In this document: positions 15,929 to 25,283 of the stretch, one piece after another
How positions within the stretch are numbered: position 1 is the first letter of the stretch
Layout: every line of letters begins with the position of its first letter
Assembly (NCBI GenBank): GCA_015068665.1
Contig: SVKB01000011.1
Span: 4,858 to 68,857, forward strand
Source of the DNA: Oscillospiraceae bacterium
Lineage (GTDB): Bacteria; Bacillota; Clostridia; UMGS1840; HGM11507
Reading direction: 5' to 3'
DNA: 64,000 nt
Notes under the pieces: model-generated
What the model was told of the DNA's origin: nothing
What the model saw: only the letters and a program-made list of their open reading frames with translations
Database searches by the model: none
Made by a program: the position numbers and the translations under genes

Positions 15929-18900
15929 TTATTTTCCGATAAGAGCAAGCTCCTTAATATTCAGCCAGTAGTTAACAGAGTTACCCTTACCTACAATCTT
16001 TAAGTATCTTCCGGTTGCGTCAACCTTGAAGGTCTCAAAGTCTGTGGTTGCGCCTGAGGATTTTACATCCTTTGAAACTAAAGTCATATTATCCTTATCA
16101 TCACCCACATAAAGGTCAAAGGTATACACTCTCTTATCTCCTTGATGGAACATAAGATAGAGTTCTGATATATTCTTTTTGCTTCCAAGGTCTATTATTC
16201 CGTATGCCCCATCAGGCTTTGATTCGTCATAGGCAACACCCCAGCTTGTAGAAACTGTATTATCCACGGTGTTATCAATAATTGAGCCTGCGCCGTCATC
16301 CCCTGACTGAATAAGGTCGTAAATATCCAGTTCACCCGAAAGACCGTGAGGAGCAGGGAATCTTAAGCCTACTGCTCTTATGGTTACAATCTTTCTTACA
16401 TCATTCCAGCCAACCTCACAGCCGAAGGATTCAGAAATAAATCTTACCGGAACAACGAAACGACCGTCCTTAATCATTGCAGGAACATCTAAGGTAACGG
16501 GAGCACCGTTTACATAAGCGGTGGTGTTATTCTTGGTTATCTTAACCTCGGTTTCATCCTTTTTCGAGGTTGCGGTTTCAGTTGCCGCATCCCACATAAC
16601 CTCAGCACCGATTGCTTCGAAAATTGCACGCATCGGAACTAATGTTCTTCCGTTTTCGATAAAGGGATCAACATCGGATTCAAGCTGAAGATTATTAACG
16701 AAAACAGTTACCTTTGGTTCAGCTGTTGCCAAAAGCTTCTTTTCATATTCATCGTAGGTCAGTCTCGGGTCGTTAATAAGGAGAGTTGTTTTGGAAGAAG
16801 GATAGATACTCTGTAAGTATTCGGGATTACCGTTTTCCTTACCTACAGTAATGAATCTGTCCGCATTCTTAACACCCTCAACGCCGCCTATTGTCTGTGT
16901 TGCATAGATTTTATGAACGCCCTCATTAAGCAGTATTGTATATTCAAATTCATTGGTTTCGGGCTTAAGTGTTGCATTGTATGCCACATCGTCAACATAA
17001 ATTGTAACAGCAGTTGCACCCAGCTGATAAAGACCTGAAATTTTAACCTCTTTCACATCGGTTTTCTTATCACTCTTCGGATATACAATAACAGGAGCAT
17101 TAGGTCTCGCATTCTTTATGGAGCCGGTTATTCTTTCAGCAAGCTGTGCCTTATATAAGGAACGCGGCTCAACGGGAGTAAATTCAGCTTCCTTGTACGA
17201 ATCACCTACAAAAGGAGTTCCCTCCTTGGTTACAAAATGAGAATCCTTTGCATTATAGAATTCGGTTGTACGGTATATCTTTTTATAAGAGTTAACGTTT
17301 GACGTCTTCATATTAACTGAAGCTGCATCCTCATAAATACCCCATGCACCAACTAAAAAGTTCTGATAAGTATCAGGAACATCGTGAGCAACAATTGTAG
17401 AAGCAAGTGAGTTCCATACAAGTGAAGATGCCGCTGACCAGCCCTGGGATTTTGCAGTACCGTAAATACCTCTGTTTGCAAGAGCAATAAAGCCCTTTGA
17501 ACCGTTATTTATATGGAAAAGATTATCGTATAATACACCGGTTGACCAGGTTCCGTGAGTTTCGGATGCGGTATTTGAAGAGTCAACAACATTATCAACA
17601 TAAGCAATAGGGCCTGTAACACTTAAGCTTGTTTCAAAGTCGTGACGCCCGTCATAGGAATAGTTACCTGTGTATAAAACCTGCTCTGCGGAGGTTGATG
17701 CCGCAAAGGAATATCTTCTTGAACCTGCAACTGTGGAAACCGGATCTAAGCTTGAACAGCCCACAACCGAAATCTGCTTTGCATTTGCAGCAGATGACAC
17801 CAGTGACATATAGAAATGCTTTGCAGAAACATTTCTTACAAATATGTTTTTGGCATTGCTTATGGAAATAGCAGTTGTAGCGTGCTGTTCGTCACTAGGA
17901 TCGCCGTTATAGTAGGATACTATTCTTAAGTTATCAAGACCGGCGTTCTTAATCTTGCCTGAATCGTCAGTTTTATAAATATAGCTTTGTATATACTTCT
18001 TATCTGCGGGCAGGAACAGAGAATAATTAAGAGTAATTTCCGTACCGTTTATTGCGGTGATTATTCTCTCGCTCTTAGAGTCGAAATCTCCGCCTTTCCA
18101 GGAGGTATCGTCATCATAAACATTTAAAATCTTATCCATACCGATTGCCTTTGAAAGCTCAATGGTAGTCGGATTATAAACGGTAATATGGTCGCCAACT
18201 TTAAAGTTTTTGATATCCTCAGAGGACAGATTGATGGTTTTTGTACCTGCCTTGATATAATCATCGGTTATATTCGCACGCTCACCCTTTATAACAGGTG
18301 CCGAGCCCGTAATTCTTACAGGAATGTACTGAACCGGATCCTTTGCATAAAGAATTGTTCCGGTGGGGCCCTGACCTTCACCAAGAAGAACAATACCGCT
18401 CTTCAGACGGATACCCGATTTATTGATATTATAAGTACCTGCCTTAAGCTTTATAACCTTCATGCTGTCGTCAGGGGACTCATTATATACCTTGTCAATT
18501 GCCGACTGAAGCATACTTGTATCGTCAGCGGCACCTGTTGGAGAAAGCTCCATTGCAACAGGAAGCTTTGTAACATCGGGAAGCTCACATTCACCCATGT
18601 AGAAGCCTGCATAGGAAAAATCGCCGATTGTGTCGCCCTGCTCATTATAGGTATTATAAACAAGCTTATCGCCTACAGGAGCAACAAGTGTTGCAGGAAC
18701 AGGCTGAACCTGTTTCGGAGCAATATACGGATGCTCTACCTTTGGCGCAATATATATACCCTTTACGAATTTGAAATTATCAACATACCCGGTCTGAAGG
18801 GATGCCTTAACGGTATTAAGATATATTGATGCATACACCGCACCTGCAGGAGCAGTCTGGGAATTTGTTACGGTTGTCCAGGTTTTGTGTTCACCTTTGG

Positions 18901-19804
18901 TGGTCGAAACATTTGTCAGCTGCTTTTTATCTGCATCAAAGAACTTGAAGAAAACAGGAACAGAATTTTCAATGGCATAGATATCCACAACAGCTGTGTA
19001 TTTATTGCCGGGAGTAACCGGAATGAAAGGAGATGCAATGCCGCCTGCACCGGTATCACTTTTATCTTCAATGTATAAGCTGGACTTACCGTCCTTTGCA
19101 ACATCGGAGGAAATATTGACAACTACATTTCCCTGTTTTTTCCAGCCTTCGGGAAACTCTGTCCCCTCAAAGGATTCGGAAAGAATAACTTCACCGTCCT
19201 TATAATTATCGGGAACCACCTCTACCTTTGGAGCTTCCGGAATAGGAGGAGTCTTGACAGAAGAGGGGATATCCGCTTTAACATCACCGGTAAACACCTT
19301 AACATTGTCATAATAACCCACATGCTTGGTTTTTATATTTGTGCATAAAAGAACCTTTATGTGGTGTGTGTTTTCGGGTGCCACCTTGGTTAATTTAATT
19401 GTTTCCCACTTTTTTGTAACCTTAACAGCAGTCTGTACTGTTTCTAAGGTTTTGCCGTCAGCATCAAAAAATCTGAAATAAATCGGCATACTTCCCAGGG
19501 TTGAAAAAACATCACAGGTAAGTGTGTAGGTTTCGCCGGGAACAGCAGGAATTTCTTTTGATTTAAGACCCATTGAAAGAGTTTCGTCAGTATCATTTAC
19601 AAAATAGGATTTTGAACCGTGAGAATAGCCTTCATCGGAAACCTTATCGGTTTTCGATGCATCCTTTGACCAGTAATCCCATTTTTCAATTCCGTTTTCA
19701 AAGGAATCCTCGAAAATGGGAGCATCTGCAGCATAGCTTAAATTAAAAGCAGTCATAGAAAGAATCATGCTGAGTGCGATAATAAGGCAAAATATTTTTT
19801 TCAT
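15929..19804 (-). CDS. Giant secreted glycan-active protein: 2x CBM4/9-like modules, pectate-lyase-fold (beta-helix) domain, Ig-like region, copper-amine-oxidase-N-like domain, C-terminal F5/8 type C (discoidin) domain
   Basis: 1291 aa. Signal peptide MKKIFCLIIALSMILSMTAFNLSYA. Two paralogous roughly 150-aa modules (FEDSFENG..YYDNVKVF and SESFEG..YVDNFKFV). LQSAIDKVY...VIKLKAGTYNI is typical of the Pectate_lyase_3 fold. LVPMRAIFEAIGAEVMWD is a CuAO-N-like motif. Confidence 0.75.
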   Translation of the reverse strand: MKKIFCLIIALSMILSMTAFNLSYAADAPIFEDSFENGIEKWDYWSKDASKTDKVSDEGYSHGSKSYFVNDTDETLSMGLKSKEIPAVPGETYTLTCDVFSTLGSMPIYFRFFDADGKTLETVQTAVKVTKKWETIKLTKVAPENTHHIKVLLCTNIKTKHVGYYDNVKVFTGDVKADIPSSVKTPPIPEAPKVEVVPDNYKDGEVILSESFEGTEFPEGWKKQGNVVVNISSDVAKDGKSSLYIEDKSDTGAGGIASPFIPVTPGNKYTAVVDIYAIENSVPVFFKFFDADKKQLTNVSTTKGEHKTWTTVTNSQTAPAGAVYASIYLNTVKASLQTGYVDNFKFVKGIYIAPKVEHPYIAPKQVQPVPATLVAPVGDKLVYNTYNEQGDTIGDFSYAGFYMGECELPDVTKLPVAMELSPTGAADDTSMLQSAIDKVYNESPDDSMKVIKLKAGTYNINKSGIRLKSGIVLLGEGQGPTGTILYAKDPVQYIPVRITGSAPVIKGERANITDDYIKAGTKTINLSSEDIKNFKVGDHITVYNPTTIELSKAIGMDKILNVYDDDTSWKGGDFDSKSERIITAINGTEITLNYSLFLPADKKYIQSYIYKTDDSGKIKNAGLDNLRIVSYYNGDPSDEQHATTAISISNAKNIFVRNVSAKHFYMSLVSSAANAKQISVVGCSSLDPVSTVAGSRRYSFAASTSAEQVLYTGNYSYDGRHDFETSLSVTGPIAYVDNVVDSSNTASETHGTWSTGVLYDNLFHINNGSKGFIALANRGIYGTAKSQGWSAASSLVWNSLASTIVAHDVPDTYQNFLVGAWGIYEDAASVNMKTSNVNSYKKIYRTTEFYNAKDSHFVTKEGTPFVGDSYKEAEFTPVEPRSLYKAQLAERITGSIKNARPNAPVIVYPKSDKKTDVKEVKISGLYQLGATAVTIYVDDVAYNATLKPETNEFEYTILLNEGVHKIYATQTIGGVEGVKNADRFITVGKENGNPEYLQSIYPSSKTTLLINDPRLTYDEYEKKLLATAEPKVTVFVNNLQLESDVDPFIENGRTLVPMRAIFEAIGAEVMWDAATETATSKKDETEVKITKNNTTAYVNGAPVTLDVPAMIKDGRFVVPVRFISESFGCEVGWNDVRKIVTIRAVGLRFPAPHGLSGELDIYDLIQSGDDGAGSIIDNTVDNTVSTSWGVAYDESKPDGAYGIIDLGSKKNISELYLMFHQGDKRVYTFDLYVGDDKDNMTLVSKDVKSSGATTDFETFKVDATGRYLKIVGKGNSVNYWLNIKELALIGK

Positions 19805-19837
19805 ACAGTGTCTCCTTTTTATAATATTTACATATTA

Positions 19838-19866
19838 ATTATCATATATAGACCTCCATTTGTCAA
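19838..19866 (-). promoter_or_regulatory. Sigma-A promoter of the 1291-aa gene
   Basis: The minus strand reads TTGACA (19866-19861), 17 nt, GATAAT (19843-19838), about 35 nt upstream of the ATG with the AAGGAG SD. Confidence 0.55.
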
Positions 19867-19869
19867 GCA

Positions 19870-20146
19870 AAAAATGGGGATGTAAAAAAACTCCAGACCA
19901 CCAAAAACAAGATTTATCAACGATTTTGATAGAGAAACTTATCAAATTAGCCGTCGAAGAGCTATCCGACGGCTAACTATTAAAAAGGTAAAGATTTTAG
20001 AAAAATCTTTAAAATTTAAGTTTTTGGTTATGAATAAACTTAGCCGCTCGACGTATCTAATACGCCTTCGGGTGACCCAAAATCAAAGATTTTGGCTAAG
20101 TTTATCCATTCTGAAGATTTTTTCCTATCCCCTCTGAATTGTTTTA
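19870..20146 (+). repeat. S element copy 2 (body), inverted relative to copies 1 and 3
   Basis: Reverse complement of the S1/S3 body. Carries an additional 22-nt TA-flanked palindrome at 19951-19972. Confidence 0.85.
19951..19972. mobile_element. Minimal TA-flanked palindromic insertion (fused MITE ends)
   Basis: TA-GCCGTCGAAGAGCTATCCGACGGC-TA. It is absent from the equivalent position of S1 and S3 (which have a single TTA there). Its sequence equals the outer part of the 52536-52809 MITE terminal repeats. Confidence 0.5.
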
Positions 20147-20182
20147 GGGGCTGTAAATAAATTTACAGCCCCATTTTTTATA
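20147..20182 (+). terminator. Terminator hairpin of S2 (GGGGCTGTAAAT-AA-ATTTACAGCCCC + ATTTTTTAT)
   Basis: The hairpin plus T-tract reads on the plus strand, convergent with the 1560-aa gene whose stop is at 20186. Confidence 0.6.
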
Positions 20183-20185
20183 TTT

Positions 20186-23100
20186 CTATATTTCGGGAGT
20201 AAAATTAATTATATTTTCTCCGTAAAGTGTTATATTTTCTCCGTCGAAACCTTCATATTCCGCAAATGGCAGTGCATAGCAGGTTACCCCGGGACGGATT
20301 TTCGAGCCAAAAAATCTTATGCCGTACTGACCTTCGGGACCGATTGCCTCGCCGTACGCCTTTACGGTATTTTCATTATTCTCAAACTCACTCTTTGATA
20401 TATTTTCAAAAGAAAGCATAACTCCGTATCTTATACGGGTATAACCGCCGTCTTCTCCTGCTCTTGCAAAGACTATACCTACAGGGGCAGTAATTTCCTT
20501 ACCCTCAAAGGTGAAGGTATCGGTCTGTGAAAATACCTTGTCAAAGCCTTTAAACAAATTCTCCGTATTAAACTCCTCCGCTTCTCCCGAGAAGGACATT
20601 TCATATATTGTAAGGGTACAGCCTGCGCCTAAATTTGCACCCCAGGCGGTTGTAGCGGTAGATGCTGCGTTTGTTCCGTTCCTCTTTATAACCTTTATTT
20701 CTATATACTTTGCCCTGACCGAATCAAGAGGAATTGAAACAAATTCTCCGTTGTTTGCCGCCACCTTCGGACGGATAGTGCCAAGATCAGTCCAGTCCTT
20801 ATTGTTTTCAGACACTCTTACATTAAAATCAACCCACTTGTTGGTGTAGCCATAGTTAAGATTTACTGCATCGAGAGTATAAATCTTATCAAGAGTTACA
20901 GACCAATACTGATTACTGTTATAGGTTGCATCGAGACCGTATGTTGTAACATTACCCGAGCTTGCATAATCAATATAAGAGCCGCTTGCCGCTGTTAATA
21001 TGCCGTCCGAGAACAGGTCCTTGTCAAGAACGGTGGTTTTATATTCCGAGGAAGTTTTATAGTTTGTGTATTTTGTAACCGAAATTTCCGAAACTGTTGC
21101 TTTTTTAGCCATAAGTCCATAGGTTACCTTGCCGTCAGTTTTTATCATTTCATAAAATACACCCATGGAATCCTTCAGCTGATATTTTCCTGATGGCGCC
21201 TCTGAGCTTTCGGGCAAGGTAAGAAGCGAATAATAATCGCCCTCAGTTTTTCCGTAAACAGCAGTATCATTATCACCAAGGCTTCCTATAAAGTCAGCCT
21301 CGCTGTTACCCTTAAATTCACAGTCGGTAAAGCTTGAATTAACTATCGAATAATCGGAGGCAAGGGTCCAGTTTGCAAGCACCAGATCCTCACGGGTCGG
21401 TCTGTTTGTAACCATATCGAAGGTACAGTTATTAAAGTTAAGCTTAAAGGTTGCATACTCGGTGGTATGATTGGAGGCAACTCTGCCTATAAGAGAAACG
21501 GAGGTTGCTCCCTCGGAAAATCCGAAATCAACATTGTTAAAATTAAAAGTTAGGGTTTTAGGGCTTCCCTGAGTATAGCTTCCTGCCTTTGCAATGTATA
21601 AAAATCCGTGAATTTTCGACAAAAGCTTACCGTTTTTAACCTCTATAACACCGCTTGTGGGCACAACACTTCCGGAGGAATCATTGGAATTTCCCGTTGC
21701 AGTATTGCAAAGACTTTCCAGTGCCCCCAGTGTTTTACCGTTTAAATCAAGAGTAATCTTGGTTTTAACACTGCTTGTTCCTGATGGGTAACCGGTATCT
21801 GCCCAGTCTCTTCTTAAATATACCACCGCTTCTTCAGCCGGTGCTGCAAGTGACGATTTTGTGAGATTTATAGCAGCATTCATAGCCGTTTTATATGTTC
21901 CGAAGCCTTGCGAGAACTGATAACTGCCTCCCGACGCCTTACTGAATAAAGCAAAGGGATATACCTCTTCATCGGAATATTCCGCAGGAATTTCACCGTA
22001 GGGGGTTAAAATCCTGTTGGTTTCCTTTAAGCTGTATTCATAGGTAAGCTTGTTATCCGTGTAATTACCTAAGATAAGATATTTTCCGTTGTCACTTACA
22101 AATACAAGCTCCGAAGGATAGCTTTCATCCGAATTAAGCACTATTTTTGTATATTCTTCGTTTGTATTCTTACCAAAGTACACTCCGTCGCCATCGGTTA
22201 AGGAGGAGAATGCTATATCCGCTTCATTTGCACCGATAATTTTTCCGCCCTTAAAGGTAACCGATGCATCAACCTTATTATAGGTATCCGCCGCACCAAC
22301 ATTTTTATCAAGCTTTGCAATATATGCTCCGTCAGGAGCTCCCTTCATATCTATAACACAGTTATTGAAGGTCATATCATATTTAAAATCAGGTGTGGAG
22401 GAGGTTAAATTACTTGCAATGTTAAGATGCATTAAAAGAGAGGCTGCAGTACCTGCTTCTCCGTAGGAAACGGAAACATTCTCAAAATTAAATATATATC
22501 CTCTGCCTGCCACAGTATTTTCAGCCTTTACCTGTGCGTAGAACATACCGTAGGTGGTGTTACAGTAAAGCTTACCGTTTTTGATATTTATATAGGTTTC
22601 TCCGCCCTTGCCCGATGAAAAATCAGCATTACCCGTATTCATAAGGGCAGTACCGTAGGAAAGGGAAAAGCCGTTTAAATCAAAAGTAAGTGTACCGCCG
22701 ATTGCTGAGGAGGTATATAAATCACTGAAGGAAAAGTCTCTTCTTAAAAGAACAACCGCTTCATCCTCCTTTGTTGCCCCGCTTGCACCGTTTATATAGC
22801 CTGCTGCTCCCGAAAGAGCTGATTTCCAGGCACCGTAGCCTGCCACGAAGGTATAATTTTCTTCATCTTTATTTTTCTTAAATACCGCTAAGGGATAATC
22901 CCGGGAATCAGAATATGAAGACGGAATAACACCGTATGAGGTGGTAACATCTCCTTTTGCAACAAGGCTGTAAACCTTATTTGCCCCACTTACCTCCCCT
23001 GTCGGCTTAAGACCAAGAGACACCTGTGAGCCGTTATCAATACCGTTAAAGGCTTTTTCATAGTTTCCTTCGGGAAGAATTACTCTGCCGAAGGCTCCGT

Positions 23101-24868
23101 CCTCGCCCTTTATAAAGGCTACAGAGTCCCCCGATGCACTTAACTGTGCACCAAGATTAGCCTCGCTTTTTGCGATAAATTCACAGTCTTTAAAGGAAAT
23201 ATCATAATTTGATGTGCATTTATCGGTTGCAGGATTATTTGTATTTAAAACACCAAAGGAGGCATCTGCCTTTGCATTGGTGGAAAGGTCTAAAGTACAG
23301 TTATTAAGATTAATATCAAAATTTGCCTCAAGTGAGGAGGTATAATTCCTGTCGGTTACTATAAGGTCGTTATAGTTTGAAGCCTTTGAGGTGTAATCCT
23401 GATAAAAGCCTAAATTTACATTGTCAAAGTTTATCTCAAAGCTTTTGACTTTAGTATAGGTTGAGCCGGAGGTGTTGTAGATAACCCCGTAATTACCAAG
23501 CTTAAGATTACCGTTTTTGATATTTATAACACATTTTTTCTGAGCTGTCTCCCCTGTTTCCATACAATCGTCAACATCGGTTCTTATAAGGGTGATTGTA
23601 GGTGCAAGAGTATGACCGTTTAAATCAATTGTGATTTTTCCGCCCACATCGGACATATTGGAGGGATAATTATTATGTGCAAAGTCTTTTGTAACATAAA
23701 CAACTGCCTCAGCCGTTACAGGCGCCGATGCCAGCGTTAAAGCTCTTGCACGTTCCAATGCAAGCTTAATAGTATCAAAGCTTCCGTCATAAGTGTATGT
23801 TTTACCGTCGTTATTTAATTTGAATACCGCAAGAGGAAGATCCCTGTTTTCATAGGGAATAAAACCGTATTTAGTGGAAATATCGGTAACCGAATTAATT
23901 CTTTCAACCAGTTTTTCACCTATCATCTGCTGGGTTATGGAGTCGTAATGCCAGCCATCCTGCTGATAGGGCTCACGGTGAAGCCCGGTAACAGGGTCGG
24001 TAAGATCGGTGGTGGTATCTATCATAAATACATTTTTAAGATTTTTTGCATTAACCGCATCCTGTGCTGCCTGGACAACGGAAATATAAGGGGTTGCATC
24101 GGTATAGGGTGCTCCGGTATCAGGATTGATACCGGGATTTCTTAAAACCCTGCCGTAGACAAAAGGAAGCTCTGAGCAGTTTATGCCGGTAATTTCACCT
24201 ATATCCCCTCTCATATCCGATATAAGAGTTTCAAGAAGCTCCTGATAACAGCTTGCAGGAGTGGAGCTGAAGGTATCTGCCTCGCCCTGCATATACCATA
24301 TTCCCTTTATGACCGGTGTATATCCCTTATCTTTAAGCCTGTCTATACCGTATTTTATTTTTTTCATAAAGGTAAGATACAAATCCCCTACCTTGTTGGA
24401 ATCGGTTTCAATATTGTGCTTTTTTATATATGAAGGAGGGGTCCATGTGCCGTACTTTTTGGATTCGTTACTGGAGGTATTATTATAAAGAGAGGTATTT
24501 CCCCATGCCACCTTGATAATGGCATTTTCCGATTCATCCTCCATAAGAGCAGTTGCAATACCTATTTCCGCACCTGTTCTTGTAGCACTTGATTTTGTTT
24601 TTGTAAACGCAGTATCGGTCGTTCCCATATACCAGACATTTTCCGAGCCTGCCTCAAGCATGGACTTATATTCTACATATTGGGAGTCTGAAGGATAATT
24701 GGACCACATAGCATATCCCATAGCATTACTTTGCCCTGCAATAAGCCATACATTTATCCTGTTATCTCCATCTGCTTCAGCCACATTGGCAAAAGCACCG
24801 GTAAAGGAAAAACCTCCAAGACTAATAACAATGGATAAAGCTAAAAGGCAACATAAAAATTTTTTCAT
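20186..24868 (-). CDS. Giant secreted protein: N-terminal SGNH/sialate-O-acetylesterase-like domain, three ~311-aa internal repeats, C-terminal discoidin-like domain
   Basis: 1560 aa with a signal peptide. NVWLIAGQSNAMGY is the GQSN esterase motif. Repeats start at aa 334, 645 and 957 with YG(F/V/E)IP..Y...(D/E)..YP(L/F)A(V/L)F. A late region (WSVTLDKIYTLDAVNLNYG...RAKYIEIKV) is discoidin-like. Confidence 0.75.
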   Translation of the reverse strand: MKKFLCCLLALSIVISLGGFSFTGAFANVAEADGDNRINVWLIAGQSNAMGYAMWSNYPSDSQYVEYKSMLEAGSENVWYMGTTDTAFTKTKSSATRTGAEIGIATALMEDESENAIIKVAWGNTSLYNNTSSNESKKYGTWTPPSYIKKHNIETDSNKVGDLYLTFMKKIKYGIDRLKDKGYTPVIKGIWYMQGEADTFSSTPASCYQELLETLISDMRGDIGEITGINCSELPFVYGRVLRNPGINPDTGAPYTDATPYISVVQAAQDAVNAKNLKNVFMIDTTTDLTDPVTGLHREPYQQDGWHYDSITQQMIGEKLVERINSVTDISTKYGFIPYENRDLPLAVFKLNNDGKTYTYDGSFDTIKLALERARALTLASAPVTAEAVVYVTKDFAHNNYPSNMSDVGGKITIDLNGHTLAPTITLIRTDVDDCMETGETAQKKCVINIKNGNLKLGNYGVIYNTSGSTYTKVKSFEINFDNVNLGFYQDYTSKASNYNDLIVTDRNYTSSLEANFDINLNNCTLDLSTNAKADASFGVLNTNNPATDKCTSNYDISFKDCEFIAKSEANLGAQLSASGDSVAFIKGEDGAFGRVILPEGNYEKAFNGIDNGSQVSLGLKPTGEVSGANKVYSLVAKGDVTTSYGVIPSSYSDSRDYPLAVFKKNKDEENYTFVAGYGAWKSALSGAAGYINGASGATKEDEAVVLLRRDFSFSDLYTSSAIGGTLTFDLNGFSLSYGTALMNTGNADFSSGKGGETYINIKNGKLYCNTTYGMFYAQVKAENTVAGRGYIFNFENVSVSYGEAGTAASLLMHLNIASNLTSSTPDFKYDMTFNNCVIDMKGAPDGAYIAKLDKNVGAADTYNKVDASVTFKGGKIIGANEADIAFSSLTDGDGVYFGKNTNEEYTKIVLNSDESYPSELVFVSDNGKYLILGNYTDNKLTYEYSLKETNRILTPYGEIPAEYSDEEVYPFALFSKASGGSYQFSQGFGTYKTAMNAAINLTKSSLAAPAEEAVVYLRRDWADTGYPSGTSSVKTKITLDLNGKTLGALESLCNTATGNSNDSSGSVVPTSGVIEVKNGKLLSKIHGFLYIAKAGSYTQGSPKTLTFNFNNVDFGFSEGATSVSLIGRVASNHTTEYATFKLNFNNCTFDMVTNRPTREDLVLANWTLASDYSIVNSSFTDCEFKGNSEADFIGSLGDNDTAVYGKTEGDYYSLLTLPESSEAPSGKYQLKDSMGVFYEMIKTDGKVTYGLMAKKATVSEISVTKYTNYKTSSEYKTTVLDKDLFSDGILTAASGSYIDYASSGNVTTYGLDATYNSNQYWSVTLDKIYTLDAVNLNYGYTNKWVDFNVRVSENNKDWTDLGTIRPKVAANNGEFVSIPLDSVRAKYIEIKVIKRNGTNAASTATTAWGANLGAGCTLTIYEMSFSGEAEEFNTENLFKGFDKVFSQTDTFTFEGKEITAPVGIVFARAGEDGGYTRIRYGVMLSFENISKSEFENNENTVKAYGEAIGPEGQYGIRFFGSKIRPGVTCYALPFAEYEGFDGENITLYGENIINFTPEI

Positions 24869-24901
24869 TGTATCTTCCCCCGATTATATTATTTCAGTGT
24901 C

Positions 24902-24930
24902 ATTATAACAAATAAAATAAAAAGATTCAA
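24902..24930 (-). promoter_or_regulatory. Sigma-A promoter of the 1560-aa gene (extended -10)
   Basis: The minus strand reads TTGAAT (24930-24925), 17 nt, TATAAT (24907-24902), with TG at -15/-14. Confidence 0.55.
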
Positions 24931-25005
24931 TTGGATTATTATTCGGTGGATTGGACTATCGTGTAAATTACAAATTACCAACGTCCTTCATTTCTCAATA
25001 AAAAA

Positions 25006-25031
25006 GGGGCTGTAAATTTATTTACAGCCCC
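25006..25031 (-). terminator. Terminator hairpin at the 3-prime end of S3 (terminates rny transcript)
   Basis: GGGGCTGTAAATTTATTTACAGCCCC followed on the minus strand by TTTTTTATT. Confidence 0.7.
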
Positions 25032-25282
25032 TAAAACAATTCAGAGGGGATAGGAAAAAATCTTCAGAATGGATAAACTTAGCCAAAATCTTTGATTTTG
25101 GGTCACCCGAAGGCGTATTAGATACGTCGAGTGGCTAAGTTTATTCATAACCAAAAACTTAAATTTTAAAGATTTTTCTAAAATCTTTACCTTTTTAATG
25201 GTTAATTTGATAAGTTTCTCTATCAAAATCGTTGACACATCTTGTTTTTGGTGGTCTGGAGTTTTTTACATTCCCGTTTTTA
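25032..25282 (-). repeat. S element copy 3 (body), 3-prime UTR of rny
   Basis: Begins 1 nt after the rny stop codon. Its shadow ORF 25041..25238 differs from the S1 shadow ORF 15683..15868 at only 2 of 60 codons. Confidence 0.85.
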
Positions 25283-25283
25283 T

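Noticed and set aside
18188-18829. Long antisense ORFs inside genes. Examples are 18188..18829 (213 aa), 7104..7553, 26263..26685, 28485..28853, 29539..29934, 39101..39499, 55470..55883 and 32044..32424.
   Set aside because: They have low-complexity or biased composition, no RBS, and lie opposite strongly supported conserved genes. These are typical shadow ORFs.
19805-20185. S-element-mediated inversion acting as an on/off promoter switch for the giant surface genes.
   Set aside because: Each gene's near-consensus promoter (19838-19866 and 24902-24930) lies inside the segment that would invert, together with its gene. Inversion would therefore not uncouple promoter and gene. Only the terminator and read-through context would change.
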